Of a stretch of DNA of 64,000 nucleotides, positions 57,148-64,000 are shown piece after piece. The stretch comes from an uncultured Gammaproteobacteria bacterium (lineage in GTDB: Bacteria; Patescibacteriota; Microgenomatia; Levybacterales; UBA12049). Location of the stretch: assembly GCA_964414015.1 (NCBI GenBank), contig CAYPUE010000001.1, positions 8,893-72,892 on the forward strand, given 5' to 3'. How positions within the stretch are numbered: position 1 is the first letter of the stretch; each line of letters opens with the position of its first letter. The notes below the pieces were generated by a model, which searched no databases, was not told the DNA's origin, and saw only the letters and a list, made by a program, of their open reading frames with translations. Made by a program: the position numbers and the translations under genes.

Positions 57148-58664
57148 ATCTTTTTTTTAATTACCGCAAACAAAAGCGCGCCAAAACTTATTATTGAAAT
57201 TAAATCCGCTGCCAATCTGATCGGTGTTTCCTCAAATGCAACCTTAACGTTATTCTGTCCCTTATCAAGATTTAATCTTATTAATCCCTGCTGATTATTA
57301 TAATCTATATTTGCTCTTTTCCTGTTGACAACCGCCATCCATCCCGGAAAATAAACCGTATTCACCTGAATTGTTCTTGGCGTTGGTAAATAAACATCAA
57401 ATGAGATTTGTTTCGGACTAATAATAGTTGTGTTAATTTTTTCCTGACCGTTTAAATTTTCAACTTTGGCGTTTGGTCTTGCAGATGGAAGAGCTTTAAC
57501 CCATTTTGGCATATATTCATTTTTTATTGTTGTTGTTGCCTCATTGGTTGCGTAAAATGTATCTCTTTTATCGAAAAACAAAGAAGGGCTGATAAATTGT
57601 CTGGCAGAAAAACCCAACAGCAATAATAGAATTACTGCCATAATAATTTTTAAATTTTTTGCCAATAATGAAAGCGACACTGCTGCCAAAAATGCCCCAC
57701 ATGAAATTGTCAAAGATAAAAAACGGAAAGGAAATTGAATAAAAGAAACCGGCAGAAAATTCCATAAAGGTTTACTTAATTCTACGGAAAAAAATAAAGA
57801 CAAAATACCGATAATAAAAAATAGAACTGTTAATCTGTGTTTGGCAAGCGCAATTTTATTAGTAAGAAAAAGAATTATTGTTAAAAAGAAAACAAAAATG
57901 ATCGGTATGCCAATTAAACTGCTATTTACGAAGTAATTGCTCCATTCTGAAACAGCAGTTTGGGAAAAAACCGTATATTGCAAATCCGCTATGGCCGGAA
58001 GCCAGAAAAAGGAGGAAACGCCTAAACCCAAAGTCACAGTAAATAGTAAATAGTAGATAGTAGATAGTTTTCTGAAAATAAAGTAAACAATAATAACAGG
58101 CAAAAACAAAACTGCCAGAGTATTGTGGGAAAGAATTAAAAGAGCAATGCCTATACTTGTCCAAAAAAGACTTTTACGCTCAATTTGCCAAAAGATAAAT
58201 GGGACGATTGCCAAAGCCAAGACTTCCCCGACAGATCCTCGTTTGTAAATATCATATAAGTGATATGGGACATAAAGATAAAAAAGTGCGCCGACAAATG
58301 ATTCAAGTTTTCCGAAAAACTTTCTTAGCCAAAGATATGCGAAAACCAAAGAGCCGGCCATGGACAAACCGAAAATTATTTTGATTGAATTGACAAAACC
58401 GAAACCCAAAAGTTTCGGTACCTCTGCCAAATACATGAAACCGGGATATAAAAAATTTGCCACCGGATAACCGTACTCGTAATTAAGTCTGGATAAAAAG
58501 CGCACTGGAAATTCTCCGGCTCTTAAAGCCTGATGAAAAGCAGAAAATCTGATAATCATCCATTCTCCGTCATCGCTTTGAAAAAATCCAGGATGAAAAA
58601 GAGAAGCAATAGATGGAATTGCAAAAATAATTAAGATAAAAATTAAAAATAAATTCTTCTTCAT
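57144..58664 (-). CDS. HDG-PRW-GYGYP family polytopic membrane protein (YfhO-related GT-C-like) with C-terminal YFPGW domain
   Basis: 506 aa. GFFQSDDGEWMIIRF...GEFPVRFLSRLNYEYGYPVANFLYPGFMY. C-terminus NTVYFPGWMAVVNRKRA...KGQNNVKVAF plus a TM. Confidence 0.55.
   Translation of the reverse strand: MKKNLFLIFILIIFAIPSIASLFHPGFFQSDDGEWMIIRFSAFHQALRAGEFPVRFLSRLNYEYGYPVANFLYPGFMYLAEVPKLLGFGFVNSIKIIFGLSMAGSLVFAYLWLRKFFGKLESFVGALFYLYVPYHLYDIYKRGSVGEVLALAIVPFIFWQIERKSLFWTSIGIALLILSHNTLAVLFLPVIIVYFIFRKLSTIYYLLFTVTLGLGVSSFFWLPAIADLQYTVFSQTAVSEWSNYFVNSSLIGIPIIFVFFLTIILFLTNKIALAKHRLTVLFFIIGILSLFFSVELSKPLWNFLPVSFIQFPFRFLSLTISCGAFLAAVSLSLLAKNLKIIMAVILLLLLGFSARQFISPSLFFDKRDTFYATNEATTTIKNEYMPKWVKALPSARPNAKVENLNGQEKINTTIISPKQISFDVYLPTPRTIQVNTVYFPGWMAVVNRKRANIDYNNQQGLIRLNLDKGQNNVKVAFEETPIRLAADLISIISFGALLFAVIKKKI
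58038..58069 (-). repeat. Heptanucleotide tandem repeat (agtaaat agtaaat agtagat agtagat) inside the membrane-protein CDS
   Basis: Read directly. Two perfect copies of each of two units. Encodes STIYYLLFT, which is TM-helix residues. Confidence 0.7.
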
Positions 58665-58671
58665 TTAAATT

Positions 58672-60309
58672 TTATTTGGTCTCTAAAATCGTAAACATGA
58701 ACTGATTGTTTGGCAAAATTACATCGTATCTTGGGTTATAATTCGACCGCAAAGACATCGGGACATCTGAAGACCAATCGATAAGCAATGTATTTTTTAA
58801 ATTTATATCTTTCTTCCAGTCAATCGGCCTAAATTCATATCTGCCAAAACTTTTGACATACACGAATTCATCTTCTGTCGGCGCATATCTGACAGCTTGT
58901 TTTTGATATAGAAAAGGATCGTATTTGCTGTAAAAAAGAAGATAAATATAAGGCTCGTATTGCGGTCTTGCCATAATTATTTTTTGGGAAGAAAACTGGG
59001 GTTCTGCCAGCAACAAATTTAATTCTTTATAACCCAAACCCCAATTTTGCGCCTCATTTCTTGGGAAATGTACATAATATCTATCCAGATATAAAGAAAA
59101 ATTTATAATAAACAAAAACGCAATTATAGAAACTGCAAATATTCTCCATTTTTTATTGATCAGGCCCGTGAACGACCACAAACCAAAAGCTGTAACCAAA
59201 GGCAGAATTGGAAAAATCGCAAACATTCTGTTGGCATGCGGCGCATCTTTGGTAATACTGGCTGCAATTGGAGAAATAAAAAACCACCACAAAACCAAAT
59301 ACTTTTCTTTGCCCTTTTTAAAAACGACTAAATAAACCAATCCTAAGAAAAGAAACGGCGCTTCAACTAAATACATATTGCCGAAATCAGCAATGTTGTG
59401 CGCTTTATTAGTTCCTCCGCTGACGAATAGAAACTGGCCGGAAAAAGCATTGATGTAATTTTGTCCGAATCTTTCCAAGCCAAAAACAACACGGTTATGC
59501 GTTAATCTAGTGAAAAAAGAATTAAGATTGCCATGTTCCAATCTTGGCAATTCGATTTGCGCGTGTACAACCGACGGATCGCCGAAAATACCAATTCCTG
59601 AAATCTTTGTTTTATCTGCGCCAAAAAGTGTTTGGGAAAAAATAAAACCGGACATTGCTAAAAAAATAACTATCGCAATTATGGTTGTTTTTGTTATTTT
59701 TATCTCTAAGCGATAAATAAGCAATAAACCCAAGACGATAAGGCTAGTAAAAACATGGTTTCCTGCGTAAGTAAAATAAGTCAAAGCGAAGAAAAAAGCT
59801 GCAGGAATTATCAGCCAATGTTTTTTCTTCAGACTGTTGAGAAAACAAATCATCCCCAAGACAACAAAGAGAACTGCGGTATTGGATTCTGACTCAACTC
59901 TGGATAAGTGCAGATGCCACGGTGAAATTCCAATTAAAAACATTGCTAAAAAAGCTAATAAATTATTTTTGAAAAGCAACTTTATCAAGAAAAATGCCAG
60001 ACCAACCGAAGCAATACCAACCAAAGCCGAAGGCAGCCGGACAGCCAATTCCGAAAGCCCCAGAACGCTAACAAACGGCACAACGCTATAAATATAGACC
60101 GGCAGTTTCCAATCGCCAAAAGACTGAAACGATAAAGGCATAAATCGGCCGTACTCATCACGCCCGGTATGTAGAATTGAATAAGCAGTATAGCCGATGG
60201 ATGCCTCGTCTTGATTTACTCCGGGAGGAACAGAGTCTAAATGATAAAGCCTTAGGAGGGCGGCGAGAAAAAGAATGATAAAAAAAACGAGCAGCAATTT
60301 CTTACTCAT
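58672..60309 (-). CDS. PMT_2/ArnT-like GT-C glycosyltransferase (paralog 5 of 5)
   Basis: 545 aa. VNQDEASIGYTAYSILHTGRDEYG. SPWHLHLSR. Confidence 0.65.
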   Translation of the reverse strand: MSKKLLLVFFIILFLAALLRLYHLDSVPPGVNQDEASIGYTAYSILHTGRDEYGRFMPLSFQSFGDWKLPVYIYSVVPFVSVLGLSELAVRLPSALVGIASVGLAFFLIKLLFKNNLLAFLAMFLIGISPWHLHLSRVESESNTAVLFVVLGMICFLNSLKKKHWLIIPAAFFFALTYFTYAGNHVFTSLIVLGLLLIYRLEIKITKTTIIAIVIFLAMSGFIFSQTLFGADKTKISGIGIFGDPSVVHAQIELPRLEHGNLNSFFTRLTHNRVVFGLERFGQNYINAFSGQFLFVSGGTNKAHNIADFGNMYLVEAPFLFLGLVYLVVFKKGKEKYLVLWWFFISPIAASITKDAPHANRMFAIFPILPLVTAFGLWSFTGLINKKWRIFAVSIIAFLFIINFSLYLDRYYVHFPRNEAQNWGLGYKELNLLLAEPQFSSQKIIMARPQYEPYIYLLFYSKYDPFLYQKQAVRYAPTEDEFVYVKSFGRYEFRPIDWKKDINLKNTLLIDWSSDVPMSLRSNYNPRYDVILPNNQFMFTILETK

Positions 60310-60450
60310 TACGTAGCTTTATTATAGTCAATATGAGTATAAAGCGCAAAATTACCTTGAAGCCAAATAAGAAAAGTTACCTTTCGTTATAGGAGATACA
60401 AGTTTAGCGTCACGCAATGTGCGTTGCGGGGAATGGGTATAGTGGGGTTG
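60310..60450 (-). promoter_or_regulatory. 141-bp intergenic region, the largest non-coding gap in the array, with candidate sigma70-like promoter for 58672..60309 and a G-tract island
   Basis: On the minus strand, ttgcgc -17 nt- tataat lies about 11 nt upstream of the ATG at 60309. The + strand carries GGGG/GGG/GGGG/GGGGG tracts and a small acgca-atg-tgcgt hairpin. GC content is clearly above the local background. Confidence 0.3.
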
Positions 60451-62829
60451 TTAGCTTGTTCGTTTGGGGGTGAAAAGAAAAATGACTAGAAGTAAAACGC
60501 TGACAATAGAAGTCCAGAGGCCGAGTTGAAAGGAGAAAGGATTGTAGATAAAATCTATTTTGTGCTCCCCTGCCGGAACGAAAACACTTCGGAAAGCATA
60601 ATCTGCTCTATATATAGTACTCTGCCTCCCATCAATGTAAGCTTTCCAGCCAGGATAATAAGTATCGGAGAGAAAAAGCAAATTGTTGTTAGTTGCATTT
60701 ACCTTAACTACGATTTTATTTGGTTTATATTGCAAGATGCTTACCGATTCGGGATTATTGTTAAATTGTCCGATTGCTAAATTGTTAGGACTTAAACCTT
60801 TAGGATTTTTTTCTAATAAAATTGTTTTGCCCGGATCAAAATCCTTGGCGAAAAATAATTTTTCAAACTCTTCTTTATTATTGAAAGTCTTATAATCCGA
60901 TACTAAAAATGCGCGGGGCAGGACCTTGGTATTCTCAAATATTTTCCAGCCGTTTTGTTCATAAATTAAATTAAATCTATCCGCAGGAAAATCATTTTGC
61001 GTACTGGCATTTTCCGCTCTGTCCAAAACATATTTAACTCCGAGCAAATCCAATATTTTCAACCGGTAAGGATTAGTACTAAGATTGCCTGTTTGATCTA
61101 TATTCGCATCCGACCGGGTTTGGCCGGTAAAATTAGTTTCAATCCTGCCGTTGGCTGCTGCCTGAATAAATTCTCCGTATCTTTTCGGGTACAAAGGATC
61201 ATAACCCTGGGGGGAAAAAAGCTGATATTCTGTGGCAAAATTAGCTTCAATATTACCGGCTTGATATCCCCAAAACCTGTTAATCCCTGCTTTTCCTTGC
61301 AGGAAATTTAAAACTTGGGCATTGGGAAAAACCAATTCTTTGGGAGAAAATGGATTAAATTTTTCAAATGAACGCCACAAGTCAAAAACATTAATCAGCA
61401 ATAAAATCATTAAAATGAAATATCTTAATTTTTTATTCCAAACCGCTATTAACAGTAAAACAGCAGAAATAAGAATAAGAGCCATGGAGTAAGAGAGATT
61501 GCGCAAAGAAATCTGCAGCTGGATGTTTAAACCGTAAGCATTAGTCTTTTGTAAAAATAAGGTAACAGCGTATAACAGTAAAAAGAATAAGATAACCGGC
61601 AGGACCAAGTAAAAATATTTTTTAAGTCTGATATTTTCTTTCTCCAAAAAGTCAATTCCCAGTCCTGCTAAGATACTGGCTGCAAAACAGAATAAAAATA
61701 CTGCGAGTGTAGGCGCGCTTCCTGAAATAAGCGGCAAATTTATTCTATAAAGAAGGGCTGTCAGCGGATTGTTGGTAACCAAAATTAAAACTATTACAGC
61801 TGTCCAAAGAAAAAACTTCTTGAAGGGATTTTTTTGGGAAAAAATGCCGAATAAAATAAAAATAACAGCTGTAATGCCAATGGAAGTAACTTTTCCGACA
61901 TAAGTATCGAAAAGCCAGTAATTTCTGGTTGCGGGATTACCAAAAAAATCAGGAACCAAAAACATTATCAGCTGATAAGGCTGGATCAAAATTTTATTGA
62001 TTAAAAAATCATACTGGTGAGGACTTCTGGCTGCTTCTCTAATTAATTCTATTCCCGGAATAAGCTGAACTGCTCCTAAACCTAAAGACAAAATGCTTAA
62101 AAGACCAAACCACACCGCCGATTTCCTGTTTCGAAAAATAAAATAGATGATTGAAAAACCGAAAAGATAAACAAAAATCTGAATATGTCCTGCCAAAAGC
62201 GAGGACACAAGTGAGAAAACAAAAATTAATATCCATTTCTTTTCTCTTTTTTCCAAAAGCTTTTCAATTGCCAAAAGAAGCAGAGGCAGCCACAGAATCA
62301 CTTGATCAATCGTGTTGTATTCAAACCAGACAGTCATAAATAAGGAAAAAGCAAAGGCACTCGCGGCAAAAATTGCTCCTAATTTTCCTAGGTTTATTTT
62401 TCTGGCATACAGATAGGTAAAAAGCCCTGCCAAAAGCGGCTGAAGCATAACCAGCATAATCCAAGCGCTAAGCTTTGCTGTTAATAAATAGGCAATATTT
62501 AAAGGATAAAAAACAGCCGACTGAAAATTGGCCAGAAGCGGTGCACCGGAAAAATTATAAGGATTCCACAAAGGCAATTGTAAATTTGTAAGCGCATCAA
62601 TCACAAGAGTTTTCCAGGGATATAGCTGGCGAAGAACATCAAAATATTGGGCTTTATTGGGAAATGATCCTGGAACATAACCCAAGTAAGAATAGGTTTT
62701 CCAGGGATTGTACTCTGCGACCAATAAATCTCCGGGAAAAGGAACAAGTCCGAAAAGAACAGTTTTATAAAAAAAGAAAGTCCCAAGCAATAATAACAAC
62801 AGAATAATTAAAAACCATTCTTTTTTCAT
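60451..62829 (-). CDS. YfhO-family membrane protein (GT-C-like glycosyltransferase), paralog 3 of 3
   Basis: 792 aa. LRQLYPWKTLVIDALTNLQLPLWNPYNFSGAPLLANFQSAVFYPLNIAY. C-terminus YYPGWKAYIDGRQSTIYRADYAFRSVFVPAGEHKIDFIY plus a TM. Confidence 0.65.
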   Translation of the reverse strand: MKKEWFLIILLLLLLGTFFFYKTVLFGLVPFPGDLLVAEYNPWKTYSYLGYVPGSFPNKAQYFDVLRQLYPWKTLVIDALTNLQLPLWNPYNFSGAPLLANFQSAVFYPLNIAYLLTAKLSAWIMLVMLQPLLAGLFTYLYARKINLGKLGAIFAASAFAFSLFMTVWFEYNTIDQVILWLPLLLLAIEKLLEKREKKWILIFVFSLVSSLLAGHIQIFVYLFGFSIIYFIFRNRKSAVWFGLLSILSLGLGAVQLIPGIELIREAARSPHQYDFLINKILIQPYQLIMFLVPDFFGNPATRNYWLFDTYVGKVTSIGITAVIFILFGIFSQKNPFKKFFLWTAVIVLILVTNNPLTALLYRINLPLISGSAPTLAVFLFCFAASILAGLGIDFLEKENIRLKKYFYLVLPVILFFLLLYAVTLFLQKTNAYGLNIQLQISLRNLSYSMALILISAVLLLIAVWNKKLRYFILMILLLINVFDLWRSFEKFNPFSPKELVFPNAQVLNFLQGKAGINRFWGYQAGNIEANFATEYQLFSPQGYDPLYPKRYGEFIQAAANGRIETNFTGQTRSDANIDQTGNLSTNPYRLKILDLLGVKYVLDRAENASTQNDFPADRFNLIYEQNGWKIFENTKVLPRAFLVSDYKTFNNKEEFEKLFFAKDFDPGKTILLEKNPKGLSPNNLAIGQFNNNPESVSILQYKPNKIVVKVNATNNNLLFLSDTYYPGWKAYIDGRQSTIYRADYAFRSVFVPAGEHKIDFIYNPFSFQLGLWTSIVSVLLLVIFLFTPKRTS

Positions 62830-64000
62830 AGCAATTTTCGTACAGGCTTAAAAATTCCAAAGACGAGTAAAACCGTAATTGCCAAAACCGTTAATAAATC
62901 CGCTGTCAATCTTAATTTATTTTCGCCGAAAGCAACTGTTATCTGGTGTTCTCCTTGCGGTACGTAAAAAGTAATCTGTCCCCGCCAATTTTGGTCCTGG
63001 AATTGGATAGGAACCGAAACGCCCTCCACAAGCACCCGCCAGCCGGGATAATACTGGGTATGGTTAACCAGCTGAATTTTGGTCTTGGCATTAACAGTAA
63101 AGGTCTGAAGATTTGATTTTTTCTTAAAGTTGGAAATTTCTCCTTGTCCGCCGATTAATTCTATTCTTTGCTTGGGATAACTTACTGCCGGGCCCTTAGA
63201 CCAAATCAGATCGGTTTCTCCGTAATAAGTGGTATTCAGAGGAAAATTCCAATAATAATCTTCATTGATTTTATCAAGGCCAAGCTGGGGCTTCCAATAA
63301 TACACGGTTGAAAAAATAACTAAAAAAAGTAACACAACATAAACTATTTTTTGGGAGAAAAATTTATAGCGGAAGACGAAAACCGATAAAAGCGATAACG
63401 CAAGCCCGCTGACTGATAGGAATCTCCAGGGAAATTGAAACTGCCTAAGCAAAGCTATGTTTGCCCAAATTGGTTTAGATACAGGCTGCATCATCAATAA
63501 TGAAATTGCGAAAATTAAAAGTGCGAAAATAAGTAACTTCTTTAATTTTGATTCCAGTTTTTTAAAATTAAATAGTGCAAAAATAGAAACTAGCAAAACT
63601 ATTGTGTGGAAAGTCCCCAATTGTACAGCTACTCCTCCTGTCTGAAACCCAACAGTATTAAAAAAATTAGGAATAAAGAAATTTTGAATTGGCGGAAAAT
63701 GGGAAAGATAAACATTCTTCATAAATAAATCTCCGTAGGTGTATTTATGTTCCAAAATTGCCGGCAGCCAATAAAAAGCCGAAAGCATTAGTCCTAAAAA
63801 AAGAGACATTAAACCCCAAAAATAATGCTTGCTATTTTTTCCAAAAACAAACACAAAAGCGAAAATCACGCCAAAGAAAACCAGACTAATTGCATTGTGG
63901 GAAAGCACAAGCAAACCTGTTGCCATAGATGTTAAAACCAAGTATTTGTAATTTAATTTGCTAAACAAAAGAGTAAGTCCCCACAAAACCAGAGGTAGAA
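62826..64000 (-). CDS. HDG-family polytopic membrane protein (YfhO-related), 5'-partial; N-terminus lies beyond the window end
   Basis: The ORF is open to the window edge. The visible part aligns with residues after about 170 of paralogs (LSHNAISLVFF...). C-terminus HTQYYPGWRVLVEGVSVPIQF...QGEHQITVAF plus a TM. Confidence 0.5.
   Translation of the reverse strand, partial: LPLVLWGLTLLFSKLNYKYLVLTSMATGLLVLSHNAISLVFFGVIFAFVFVFGKNSKHYFWGLMSLFLGLMLSAFYWLPAILEHKYTYGDLFMKNVYLSHFPPIQNFFIPNFFNTVGFQTGGVAVQLGTFHTIVLLVSIFALFNFKKLESKLKKLLIFALLIFAISLLMMQPVSKPIWANIALLRQFQFPWRFLSVSGLALSLLSVFVFRYKFFSQKIVYVVLLFLVIFSTVYYWKPQLGLDKINEDYYWNFPLNTTYYGETDLIWSKGPAVSYPKQRIELIGGQGEISNFKKKSNLQTFTVNAKTKIQLVNHTQYYPGWRVLVEGVSVPIQFQDQNWRGQITFYVPQGEHQITVAFGENKLRLTADLLTVLAITVLLVFGIFKPVRKLL

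Noticed and set aside
60400-60450. Possible tRNA or tRNA fragment in the G-rich intergenic island
   Set aside because: No cloverleaf is apparent. There is no T-loop GTTCRANYC consensus, no acceptor-stem pairing and no anticodon arm.
1-64000. CRISPR array, transposase, integrase or phage genes that would mark a mobile island
   Set aside because: There are no regularly spaced direct repeats with unique spacers, and no ORF has DDE, tyrosine or serine recombinase signatures. The repeats found are short intragenic 7-nt and 14-nt tracts.

Overview
This 64 kb window is AT-rich (roughly 30-33% GC) and almost entirely protein-coding, with many genes overlapping their neighbours by a few bases. It reads as a very large cell-envelope glycosylation island. 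I found no rRNA, tRNA, CRISPR array, transposase or integrase. I call about 53 CDS. Genes lie on + from 2146 to 9526, on - from 9545 to 21025, on + from 21024 to 24182, and on - from 24184 to 63986, except 35875..37419 and 48299..48559 on +.

Content falls into four groups:
(1) Nucleotide-sugar tailoring. There is a PglF/CapD-like 4,6-dehydratase with a DegT aminotransferase, a GalE, an RmlC-like cupin, two SDR-like Rossmann enzymes, a TIM-barrel sugar-phosphate isomerase, a sugar C-methyltransferase-like protein, a second SAM methyltransferase, and a split transketolase pair.
(2) Cytoplasmic glycosyltransferases. About a dozen are GT2, including GtrB/DPM1-like candidates for polyprenyl-phosphate-sugar synthases. 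Four are GT4.
(3) Two Wzx/MOP-type flippases.
(4) About 20 large polytopic membrane proteins that look like GT-C fold glycosyltransferases. They fall into at least three paralogous families arranged in tandem arrays:
- five PMT_2/ArnT-like proteins with a conserved DE motif and SPWH motif;
- three YfhO-family proteins of about 760-790 aa;
- five proteins of about 500-550 aa of a family with an N-terminal H-D-G...PRW...GYGYP signature, four of which carry the same C-terminal (F/Y)YPGW beta-domain plus TM anchor as the YfhO proteins.
Several additional singleton GT-C-like proteins are present, one with a CBM-like C-terminal domain.

Three observations stand out:
- The GT-C expansion is extreme, and the pairing of GtrB-like GT2 enzymes with YfhO/GT-C proteins suggests a multi-branch extracytoplasmic glycosylation machinery. 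This is inference.
- In-frame heptanucleotide tandem repeats (7-nt period, 4-5 copies), plus one 14-nt repeat, sit at homologous linker positions inside several paralogous glycosyltransferase and membrane-protein genes and at the galE 3' end. They may be slipped-strand contingency sites.
- A split transketolase sits inside a sugar operon, and a G-tract-rich 141-bp intergenic island occurs in an otherwise AT-rich, gap-free array.

Low GC, the large GT-C expansion and weak Shine-Dalgarno signals suggest a Patescibacteria/CPR-like or similarly reduced genome. This is inference only.
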